DNA of 64,000 nucleotides. It comes from Pristiophorus japonicus (lineage: Eukaryota). Made by a program: the position numbers and the translations under genes. Under the pieces are notes generated by a model. It worked only from the letters and a program-made list of their open reading frames with translations. It searched no databases and was not told the origin of the DNA. The DNA lies in the NCBI RefSeq assembly GCF_044704955.1, contig NC_091994.1, positions 101,060,001 to 101,124,000 on the forward strand, in the 5' to 3' direction. Shown piece by piece: positions 49,001-59,310 of the stretch; positions within the stretch are counted from its first letter, which is position 1; each line of letters starts with the position of its first letter.

Positions 49001-50014
49001 GAGCTTGGCTGTGATGCATTCCACAGTTGAATAGCCCATTGGCTGTCTAAACTCACCTGGGAGGAATAGCCACTGGACAAACTCCTGGAGAGACAAATGT
49101 CAGTATCTTCATATCTTCAAGGGGGGTGGGGGGGGGGGGGCGGGAAACACCGGGAAAGAAGAGACCCGAACGGGTCAATATTCATTATTCTTTCTAAACA
49201 GTGACAGACATTACAACATCAACCCGCAATATTTTGTGTTGCTGTCCTGTCCAAGGATTGCAATTCATCACCGTAAGTCAAAAAAATTACAATAGAACGT
49301 ACACATTGGCTCAAAAAATACTTTGGGAGAAAAAGAAGAAAAGCTAGGAATATTTACATTTCCGTTTGATTTTGGCAACAACCATTAATAAAATAAACAG
49401 AATCCTGCGCGCTTATAAAGCGTTGTTAAAATGTGACAGCAGCTGGGAAAATGCGCAAGATAGAAACAGCCTATTTTTTCAAAGTGAAGTCTATAATCTT
49501 TGCCGTGTAGCTCAGTGGGTAAATGACAGTCCAGGAGTGCTACTTTGAGCTACACAGGCCAGGGTGAGACTAGAGGGGTGATTCATGATCCTGCCTTGCC
49601 AGAAGGGAGGTGCACTCACAGGGACTGGGATCACAGGTCAGTGAGAGACCCAATTCACATTTACACTCGTTACCCATAATTGGTGAAGTATAAACAATAT
49701 AGCCGATGCACGCGAGTCCATATAGCTCAATGATGGCCCGCCTTCCATTTCTTTTGATTCTTCCTTTTTCAAATTAAAACAGATCTCTCCTGGAACACCA
49801 CTGCCAGTTTGGGTGTGTTACCACTTTAAAATAATGTGTGGACCCCACCGGATTTAACACCTTTGTGCTCTGGAGTCATGTCCGCCCACTGTTTAAATGC
49901 GGTCTCGCCTGGGATCCAGATGTCAGCTGTGGCTCAGTGGTAGCATTCTCACCTCTGAGTCAATAGCTGGTAGGTTCAAGTCCCACTCCAGAGACATGAG
50001 CATAAAATTTAGAC

Positions 50015-50415
50015 CAGGGGTGCCAAACATACAGCCCATGGGCCGGATCTGGCCCGCAGAACAGTTCCATCCGGCCTGCAGTGTGCGACTTAAAGTCTCC
50101 CGAGTATTGCTTCTTACAGCCCAGGAGACCTGCACTGTCAACTTTTGCCTAAATTAATCCATTGCTGATTTTAGGTAGCTTGCTAGGGATGCCTAAAAAC
50201 TGTGAGGACCAATATGACGGCAAACATGTCATCGGTGAAGGACATTGCACACAGCAATTAGTATACAATGCACCCATTTTACATCCAAAAATTGAGGCGA
50301 AATGCATACCAATTTCTACCCCAGTGTGTCCAAATAACTTTTGGCGAATGTGGCCCATGCCAAGTGCCAGAATGTCAAATCAGGCCCACCATGTAAATTG
50401 AGTTTGACATCCCTG
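50015..50415. mobile_element. hAT (Charlie-type) MITE
   Basis: TIRs CAGGGGTGCCAAAC / GTTTGACATCCCTG, GGCCCG-type subterminal motifs, target ATTTAGAC resembling NTCTAGAN; the right-hand TSD is disrupted. Confidence 0.75.
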
Positions 50416-50419
50416 ATCT

Positions 50420-50870
50420 GAAAGAAATACTTGCATTTCTATAGCGCCTTTCACAACTTCATGACATCCCAAAGTGCTTTACAGCCATTGAAGTACCTTT
50501 GAAGTATAGTCACTGTTGTAATGTAAGAAACGCAGCAGCCAATTTGCAGACAGCAAGATCCCACAAACAGCAATGTGGTAATGACCAGATAATACGTTTT
50601 GTTGATGTTGATTGAGGGAGAAATATTGGCCAGGAGACAAGGTATAACTACCCTGCTCTACTTTTAAATAGTGCCATGGAATCTTTTACATCCACCTGAG
50701 AGGGCAGACGGGGCCTCAGTTTAACATCTCGTCCAAAAGATGGCGCTCCCTCAGTGCTGTACTGGAGTGTCAGTCTAGATTTTTGTGCTCAAGTCTCTGG
50801 AGTGGATCTATGAACCCACAACCTTCTGAGTCAGAGGCGAGAGAACTACCAACTAAGCTACAGCTGACAC
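50420..50870 (-). mobile_element. Deu-domain SINE, full length
   Basis: Complete head-to-tail motif set on the minus strand. Confidence 0.85.
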
Positions 50871-51889
50871 TATGAGCTGATGCCTCAGTGCAGTACTGAG
50901 GGAGTGCTGCATTGTTGGAACTGCCATCTATGGAAGAGATGTTAAACAGAGTCATTTAACAAAAACAGATTATTTGGTCATTATCACGCTGTTTGTGGGA
51001 CCTTTCTGTGTGCAAAATGGCTGCCAGGTTTCCCTACTTTACAACTACACTTCAAAAGTACTTCATTGGCCGTAAAGCACTTCAGGACGACCTGAGGGCA
51101 TGAAAGGCGCTATGTAAATGCAAGTCTTTCCTTTCCTTTCAGATGGCATCTGTCATATCATTGGGGGCTCGGCAGCAAAATATCAGTAGTGATAAAAGAC
51201 AGAATTTAGCCCTGCGGAGCGGCAGAGTTTGAACTGTAGCTTCCTTCACGACTTTTGCAGATTTCTTTCCCTTCCCGTGTGGTTACTTTGAGTTGTTATT
51301 ACTTAATTAGCAGGATAAACTGAAGCATGATAAATGCCATTATTTACTCAGCGAAAGACCACAATCATTGTTGTTTTGACCCTTGGGGCAAAAAGGCAAA
51401 ACCCTTGGTGATTTATAAGGGGGACTATGAGTGGTGCTTTCTGTATCAGCAAGCAAGGGAATAATGTGCTGGAAGTCTCAACATAAATTCAAACACATCA
51501 CAATAAATAAAGCACGTCATTTTTTTTCTCGGCCTGAGTCCCACACTGGAAATCTCTATAAAAATCCAACACTCACTACGGAGAATTATGGCCTTACTGC
51601 TCCAAAGCCTAGTGGTTGTTATTTTTCCTGTCAAGATTCACTAGAGAAAGAATACCAGTCTGAAGTACAGCCCTCCTTTTCATTAGCTATAATAATATAA
51701 TGTGCGTAATGACCAGCAGTTGTAAGTCTTCATACATTTCATTAGCCTGGGATATGACAATATAGTAATTGAAAAGAATTTGTCCACTCCTGTCTCCTCA
51801 AACTTCTAATGTGGTAAATGAATCAATCATTGTCCCAGGAATAAACAAGGGAAGGGAGCAATTCTGCAAGTTTTTTGCAACATAATTAT

Positions 51890-52618
51890 TTGAATGTTCC
51901 AGAAATTGTGCTTTGGGGGAAGTAGGAACCTTTATTTGGATTTCACTCGCCAAATACAGGAGAGGCCTAACCCAACTAGTACAGGTAAGATCTAACCCCT
52001 CCAGTACAGGATAGGCCTAACCCACCCAGTACAGCTAACTAAACACAGGTCACAGGTCAAACCTGGAACTTTTCATGCTGGAATGGCTCAATAACATACT
52101 GGGCACTAACCAACTGAGCTCTCATGGGAGCCTTCAGTAGTGTTTATATAACTTCCCGCTGTTAATATACAGTAGGCCTAATCCTATGGAATCAAAGGGG
52201 GCATTTGACTCCTCTTTGTTAAGTGACAACTCCTTGTAGGTGAGAGAATGACTAGTTCTGAGGCATCTACACTTTAGGCTGTAATGGTGTTTGTTTAATA
52301 GGATTGATTGGATAAAGGGAACAACGTGCTTGGCATATAGCGTTTCCCTGTTACATGGGTCTAGTTTATTGTGAAAAAGCTCAATGTACTCCAGAGAAAG
52401 AGTTGATTTGAAGCGAGAATTGGGGTTGATCTGTTTGGGTTAGATCTGGGTTTAGATCTTACGTGTACTGGTTGGGTTAGGCCTCTCCTGTACTGGGTGG
52501 ATTAGGCCTATCCTGTACTGGGTGGGTTAGGCCTATCCTGTATTTGGCGAGAGAAATCCAAGTAAGGATTGCCAAAGATTTCCTACTCCCCCCAAAGCAC
52601 AATTTCTAGAACATTCAA
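51890..52618. mobile_element. Foldback-like element with about 150-bp inverted arms containing 25-bp tandem units
   Basis: TTGAATGTTCCAGAAATTGTGCTTTGGGGG... versus ...CCCCCAAAGCACAATTTCTAGAACATTCAA; unit AGTACAGGATAGGCCTAACCCACCC x3 per arm; no TSD seen. Confidence 0.75.
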
Positions 52619-53699
52619 CCTTGTTTGGTCTGGATGTTTTTGCCTGTTCATAAAAGTTATGCTCCTCCCTGCTCCTGATTCAAGAGACACCGCTGTTTGA
52701 GCAAGCTGTTTTCAGCTGATTCCTGCAAGGTACTTTATTGTGATAATACTGCCCTATTAAGTGGCGATTCAATCTCAGAAATTGTAAAGCTCCTGTGAAA
52801 TGCAGTCTTATACCTCAAAGAGTTAATGTGAAGACAACAAACATGGTTGGTATGGTGACCCATGCAACCTAATGAAGGATTTAACCTCGGGTGAAATTTT
52901 CAGGAAGCATTCAACAATTATTATTTGAAAAATCTACATTAATCAACTAGATCAGCAGTCAATTAAATCACCTGTATTATTAAGGGCTCCTGTGCACATT
53001 CAGGAATCATTCTCCTACTCAAACCCCCCTCTCCCACACAAATAACAATAAAATGGAGATTAAAAAGGGAGTGAGGGTGTTGCAAACTTGAAGGAGAGGG
53101 TGTGACTGAACAAATTCAGCGTCTAAGGACGTTAGTTTGAGGTTAAGTACCTTCAAATGAACGTTACCTGTTACGTCAGGATAAGAGGACAAAAGAATAC
53201 TTCAGAAATAAGGAGTAGCATGGAGATGAAAGTTTTGTTCATGTACCAGAGTAAATAGATCACAAAACGAGCTAGGAAGCACAGAGAAAGGCCAACCGCT
53301 GGCTGATGATGATGTGGGTTCAATAACAACCGGAGTCATAGCCATTGAAAGACAAAACACAAAATAGCAATATGTGACTGAGGAGGCCATTCCCAAACAC
53401 TCCCAATCTGACATTCCTGCAGCTATGGGTTAGTCACAACACAGTTTATCCCCTCCCCTTCCAAACATCAATGAGGGGTGAAATAGGTCTTCAGTGGAGC
53501 ACAAAACAGGCGACAGCAAATCGGCAGTCTGTTTTATACCCTGCCCGATTTCTTTTCCATTGAAATTGAAGATCAATGCCACCACCGATGTCTTTGCTAC
53601 AGTTCCCACTTTACCTTAAAAGCACGATGCCACAATACCTACAAGCACTCAAATGATTTATGTGTAATGCACAACAACAGGCATGAGTGATCTGTCACT

Positions 53700-53974
53700 G
53701 ACTAGTTTTAGCTGTGTATATTGGGTTTATTGGGGTGCTGGGACCTAAATTTATTAAAGCTAACTCACCATTGTTTTACTGGACCTCACCCGTGGCCGAC
53801 TTTAATGACCTTGATTTACGTTAGGGGTGCCGTCGGCTACGCAAGTCCTATGTTTCAGGAGCTGCCGGTCCCAGTAGTGGAACCTGTCCGAGGGGTGGGG
53901 GGGGGGGGGGTATTTTGAATGGCCCCTGCATTAATGGGGGTGCACGTGTCAAAAAACAATTAGAGGGAACATTG
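53700..53974. mobile_element. Possible hAT-like fragment (one terminus)
   Basis: Ends in TTAGAGGGAACATTG (reverse complement CAATGTTCCCTCTAA); no partner TIR found. Confidence 0.35.
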
Positions 53975-54374
53975 GACATGACCCCTCAATCGTTTTGAGG
54001 TGTCCAGCGTAGCTTTCGAGGACCTTCTCCATTTTGCTCCCAGGAACCTCTGTCATTTGTCTTTGGCCTCTAGGTTCAGCCTTCAAGTCTGTGCGGTTCC
54101 TGGCTTGGCCTTCGGATCAAGTATGTTGGCACTCCCTGTAATGTATTTGCTTCATGGGTTCTTTGCTTAAGATTTCATAGCAACACATTGCTATTAAGAA
54201 CTAGTTGATTTATTAACAAAGGTTTAACAATCACACTACACATTACCAGTTCATCCACTTGGCTCACAACTGCATACCTCATCGTGGATGACCTAGACTC
54301 AATTGACTGGGGTTTTACTGAGTCTTGTGAACATCACGTGACTGGCTAAGCCACTCACAATGCAACAGCTACAA

Positions 54375-54733
54375 CTCTTTTGTTGAGAACAAATAACCAA
54401 TGAAATCAAGTGCCCCCTGATTAAAGTTGGGGGGGGGGAATACCACAAAAACTTTTCAAGTGCCTCTTTTTTTTTAGGGCACTAAAAACCAGCAAATTAA
54501 ACAAATTAAACTTTAGACAAACATCAAAGTAAAATTTGGTTGCCGGGGGTGATGATGCACTCCAGTCCCTCCGGTGCCCACCTCTCGCGGAAGGCCGCGA
54601 GCGTACCGGTGGACACCGCGTGCTCCATCTCCAGGGACACCCTGGCCCGGATGTAACCGTGGAAGAGAGGCCGGCAGTCAGGCTGAACGACCCCCTCGAC
54701 GGCCCGCTGCCTGGACCGGCTGATGGCCCCCTT
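54375..54733 (-). mobile_element. Tx1-clade 3' fragment, unit A
   Basis: KGAISRSRQRAVEGVVQPDC...AAFRERWAPEGLECIITPGNQILL*. Flanked by TGCAACAGCTACAA at 54361-74 and 54734-47. Confidence 0.9.
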
Positions 54734-54747
54734 TGCAACAGCTACAA

Positions 54748-55181
54748 CTCTTTTGTTGCAAAACAGAAACAAACATGAAATTAAGTGCCTCCTGATTAAA
54801 GGGAAGAGGGAAACACTCCAACCAGTTTTCAAGTGCCCTTTTTTATTTTGTTTTTTTTTGTGTTTTTTTGTGGGCATTAAAACCACAAATTATACAAGTG
54901 CCCCCTATAAAAGGGCAGGGGGACACTAAAACCCGGCAATTAAAACAAATTAAACTTTAAAACATATAAAATCAAATTAAAATTTGGTTGCCGGGGATAA
55001 TGATGTACTACAGTCCCTCCGGTGCCCACCTATCGCAGAAGGCCGCGAGCGTACCGGTGGACACCGCGGGCTCCATCTCTAAGGACACCCTGGCGCGGAT
55101 GTAACCGTGGAAGAGAGACAGGCAGTCGGGCTGAACGACCCCCTCGACGGCCCGCTGCCTGGACCGGCTGATGGCCTCCTT
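54748..55181 (-). mobile_element. Tx1-clade 3' fragment, unit B
   Basis: Same ORF2 end with a different 3' UTR. Flanked by repeats at 54734-47 and 55182-95. Confidence 0.9.
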
Positions 55182-55195
55182 TGCAACAGCTACAA

Positions 55196-55392
55196 CTCTT
55201 TTGGGGTAAACAAAATTAAACATTAAATCAAGTACCCCCTGATCTGGGGGTCACTCCAAACACTTTTCACATGCCCTTTTTTGTTGTTGTTTTTTTTGGT
55301 GATTTTTGTGGGGATTTTTTGTGATTTTTTTGGGGGTATTAAAATCATATAATTTACAAGTGTCCCCTATAAAAGGAGAGGGGGACACTAAA
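55196..55392 (-). mobile_element. Tx1-clade 3' UTR-only fragment, unit C
   Basis: Same CTCTTTTG terminus and CAAGT(G/A)CCCC modules. Flanked by repeats at 55182-95 and 55393-406. Confidence 0.8.
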
Positions 55393-55829
55393 TGCAACAG
55401 CTACAAACCTGTGAGCATATTCACAGGTGCATACATTATACTCCCCAGTTCTCACCTCGGGTTTCCTTCTTGTCAAGTTGGCAAGTCTCGAGTTCAAACA
55501 CCCCTATCCCCACCAAGTTGGTCAAATCCAACTGAGCAGTCCCAGCACCTCACTAATCCCAGTATCAAATCAGCTTTTCACTAACAGATTGCACCATTTT
55601 CTCAATGGCCGCCACCCAGTTTTGTATCTGTTCGACTCGCAGCAGTAGGCTCTGCCTTCAATTCGCTGATCTGAGCTGGGGCTGTGGTTGAGGTGCTTCA
55701 ATTGGCTTCAGCACTCCTAAGAAAAACAGTTAGAAATAAAAGGGCAAAGTTTGCCCTCACCAACAGTTATGGGAAAGGAAACCTTAATTAAAAAATTCAA
55801 GATCACAAAATGAAAGGAGTGTTTTCGAG

Positions 55830-56135
55830 AGAAACTATTTCCACTGGCGGGTGGGTCGGTAACCAGAAGACACAGATTTAAGATAATTGGGGGACAAAAT
55901 AGGGGGTAATTTATTTTTATGCAGCAAGTTGTTATGATCTGGAATGCACAGCCTGAAATGGTGGTGGAAGCAGATTTAATAGTCACTTTCAAAAAGGATT
56001 TGGATATATACTAGAAATGGAAACGGGCTATGGGAAAAAAAGGGAAGTGGGCCTAATTAGATTGCTCTTTCACAGAGTCGGTACAGGCACAATGGGCTGA
56101 ATGGTCTCCTTCTGTACTGTAGGTTTATATGATTC
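55830..56135 (+). mobile_element. CR1 3' fragment
   Basis: GTTATGATCTGGAATGCACAGCCTGAA...AATGGGCTGAATGGTCTCCTTCTGT. Confidence 0.8.
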
Positions 56136-56577
56136 TAGTGGAAGGAGGTCGAATTAAATAAGACTGTGGTTGCTCGGATTGATGGTGCTATTGTCTCTGG
56201 TACCTTTCCACTCTGTTAGTTCAGCTCTCACCTGTTAAAGAGCTTTGTGCTGGTTTTGTGAACCTTAAAGACCTGTCATATCGATCACTTTTCTTGTTCT
56301 TCTCACATTAGGAAGGTCTTACACCTGCCTGCTTCATGGACAGCAACTCAATAAACTGATGGCCCCAGTCAAAGCTCATCCACTGATAACTGCCTGGCCA
56401 GCACTATCAGTCTTTCAGTCAACGTGGGTGGGTAAAAAGAAATCAAAAGACAGATAAGCAAAGATAAACAATATGGATTCAGTGGATTGCAGTTTGTCCC
56501 ACGATTGAGGAGGACATACAGTCTCAAGGCTGAATATTTCAGTGTCTTGTTGGGCTCATTGCATATTCATTGTGGAA

Positions 56578-57876
56578 TAATCATCATAGGCAGTCCCTCG
56601 AAATCGAGGAAGACTTGCTTCCACTCTGCAAGTGAGTTCTCAGATGACTGAACAGTCCAAAACGGGAATTACAGTCTCTGTCACAGGTGGGACAGACAGT
56701 GGTTGAAGGAAAGGGTGGGTGGGGAGTCTGGTTTGCCGCACGCTCCTTCCGCTGCCTGCGCTTGCTTTCTGCATGCTGTCGGCGACGAGACTCGAGGTGC
56801 TCAGCGCCCTCCCGGATGCTCTTCCTCCACTTAGGGTGGTCTTTGGCCAGGGACTCCCAGGTGTCGGTGGGGATGTTGCACTTTATCAAGGAGGCTTTGA
56901 GGGTGTCCTTGAAACGTTTCCTCTGTCCACCTGGGGCTCGCCTGCCGTTTAGGAAGTGTGCAACGGCCACCACACGTTAAAAAAAATTCACGCACAGGCA
57001 TCTTCCACCCTTCAACATGTAGTTCGGGATCTGGAATGTCAAGTCACTCATTGAAACACCTGTGAACTCATCCCTTTTTGGTGAGGAAGCGGGTCATCCT
57101 TGGGGAAGTCCAGAACCAGGGGTCACAGTCTGAGGATAAGGGGGAAGCCATTTAGGACCGAGATGCGGAGGAACTTCTTCACCCAGAGAGTGGTGAACCT
57201 GTGGAATTCTCTACCACAGAAAGTTGTTGAGGCCAATTCACTAAATATATTCAAAAAGGAGTTAGATGAGGTCCTTACTACTAGGGGGATCAAGGGGTAT
57301 GGCGAGAAAGCAGGAATGGGGTACTGAAGTTGAATGTTCAGCCATGAACTCATTGAATGGCGGTGCAGGCTAGAAGGGCCGAATGGCCTACTCCTGCACC
57401 TATTTTCTATGTTTCTATGTTTCTATATGAGGAAACACCTATGATGATGAGGAGGAGTTCTGCGTAGAGCGCTTGCTTTGGGAGTCTTGTGTTGGGCATG
57501 CAGAAGATGTGGCCCGCCCAATGGAGCTGATCGAGTGTGGTCAGTGCTTTGATGCTGGGAATGTTGGCCTGATCGAGAACACTGACGTTGGTGCGTCTAT
57601 CCTCCCAGTGGATTTGCAGGATCTTGCGGAGACATCGTTGATGGTATTTCTCCAGTGATTTGAGGTGTCTACTGTATATGGTCCACGTCTCTGAGCCATA
57701 TAGGGGGACGGGTATCACTACAGCCCTGTAGACCATAAGCTTGGTGCCAGATTTGAGGGCCTGATCTTCGAACACTCTGTTCCTCAGGCGACCGAAGGCT
57801 GCGCTGGCGCACTGGAGGCAGTGTTGGACCTCATCGTCAATGTCTGCCCTTGCTGATAATAGGCTCCCGAGGTATG
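56578..57876 (-). mobile_element. RTE LINE 3' fragment interrupted by two nested inserts
   Basis: YLGSLLS...LMVYRAVV...RLPKQALYAELL | GRRAPGGQRKRFKDTLK...CPTCDRDCNSRFGLFSHLRTH, with an (ATG)n tail. Confidence 0.92.
57100..57427 (+). mobile_element. CR1 3' fragment nested in an RTE-tailed insert
   Basis: GKSRTRGHSL...FFTQRVVNLWNSLP, with a (TTTCTATG)n tail. Confidence 0.92.
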
Positions 57877-57909
57877 AATGCACTGGTGAAAAGTATCAAA
57901 GGAAAGGAA

Positions 57910-58250
57910 GCTCTGGGCTCCCTCGATGGGTCAGTTGGTAAACACACTGTCCATTATAGGACTGAGCCACACAGATCAAGAATGTTTCTGGCCTGTGTTA
58001 GCTGATGTCAGTCATTTGGGTTGTTCCAATTGGTCCCTGGGTCAGTGATCAATATCACATGAATGCACATGAACATGGGCATTGGGGAGGAGGGCTTGTG
58101 TAACACCCTGCCCACCTCAGCCCTCGTTATTGAATACTCTGCCGACATTCACTGACCAAGCTCACACATGAAGACCTCTTGATATTCCAGCAAGTGGCTA
58201 GTATCTGTGGAAACATACCCCAGAAAGAGCCAGAAGAGGAGGTGAGGAAT
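57910..58250 (+). mobile_element. Family X old SINE-like copy with recognisable head
   Basis: GGGCTCCCTCGATGGGTCAGTTGGTAAAC A-box-like start; AGCTCACACATGAAGA. Confidence 0.5.
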
Positions 58251-58504
58251 CAGGCAAGCATGTTGAAGGGGTTAAACCCTGTGAGTGTGTCTGTGTCTCT
58301 AAGCAGCAGCTGAAACAAATTATCTATGCAGATGAAACTTGGCAAACTCTTAAATAAAGATACGGAGAAGCTGGGATTAAGTTGCAGCTCATTACACAAT
58401 CAGGATCATTGAAAGCAAAAACAACTGAGGGGGTCTAGATGCTTCTGTTAACACACTTTATAAAATATTTATGTGAGCCTTCTTTTGCTATTTGGTGGAG
58501 ACAT

Positions 58505-58725
58505 TAACCCATACTGCACTGTCGGAGTTGCAGTCTATCAGATGAAATGTTAAACCAAGGTCCCGTCTATCCTCTCAGGCACTATTCAAAGAAGAGCAGG
58601 GAGTACTCCCCAGTACCTAGTCCAATATTTATTCCTTAACCAACATCACTAAAATGGATTATCTGGCCACTTATCTCATTGCTGTTTGTGGGAGCTTGCA
58701 GTGTGTAAATTGGCTGCTGTGTTTC
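58505..58725 (+). mobile_element. Deu-domain SINE internal fragment
   Basis: CTGCACTGTCGGAG...GCTGTTTGTGGGAGCTTGC. Confidence 0.75.
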
Positions 58726-58799
58726 CTTTCCCCTGCCCCCTTCCATACCACCTTCCCCTCTCTTCCACCCCCCACCCCCCCGATCTCAGACAGGGAAAC

Positions 58800-59310
58800 A
58801 GTGAAGTTTCCACAATTGGCTTGAGCATCCCTGGGTTAGTGAAACAAAATATCATATGGGCTTTCTGCTCCTGATGTTTACTCAGTGACTCTTGCTGGAA
58901 AATGTACCTCTTGTGGACTATGGCTCAAGACAAGATCAAGCTTTGCTGAGATGCCCCCCTACAGTCAAACAGCCTGCCAAGACTGTCTTGGCTCACACAA
59001 TAGAGCATGGCCACTTGGTCGAGGTACAGGACCCCTGTCAGGGCTAAACCCAATCCTCAGCTTGCCTGATTTCTGCAGGCATGGACTGTCCAGCAGGGGC
59101 TACTGGATAGTGATCAGGAGCAGGAACCCAGGCGAATTTCTTTTCCATCCCCCTTTGCCTACAGAACCTTAAAGTTATTGTAGCAACCCTTGAGCTATCT
59201 TAGCTGAGATCAGCTAACTAAGCAGAAACTGGGGATCAAACCTGGGGTCTTCTTGGTCTGTTTGGCTCATTATCACACCAAGCAGTGGATTTACTAATAA
59301 GCCACTGGGG
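58800..59310. mobile_element. Two family X SINE-like copies in convergent orientation
   Basis: Plus copy about 58800-59040; minus copy about 59050-59310 (CTGGATAGTGATCAGGAGCAGGAACC, GCTGAGATCAGCTAACT). Confidence 0.55.

Larger units (their letters stand above)
49921..51140 (+). mobile_element. Deu-domain SINE split by a hAT MITE and an inverted SINE
   Basis: Head at 49921-50014; body resumes near 50876 (GTGCAGTACTGAGGGAGTGCTGCA). Confidence 0.8.
54137..55440 (-). mobile_element. Solo LTR (about 272 bp net), copy 2, carrying three Tx1 fragments
   Basis: TGTAATGTA...TACATTATA ends, perfect 5-bp TSD CTCCC (54132-36, 55441-45), homologous to 27822-29570. Confidence 0.9.

Noticed and set aside
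49921-50000. tRNA gene (A/B boxes)
   Set aside because: This is the tRNA-derived head of a SINE, with no cloverleaf; the same applies at 3090-3155 and 10760-10830.
54361-55406. CRISPR-like repeat-spacer pattern
   Set aside because: The repeats are only 14-15 bp, the intervals are 200-780-bp homologous retrotransposon fragments, there are no cas genes and the DNA is eukaryotic. TSDs explain the pattern.
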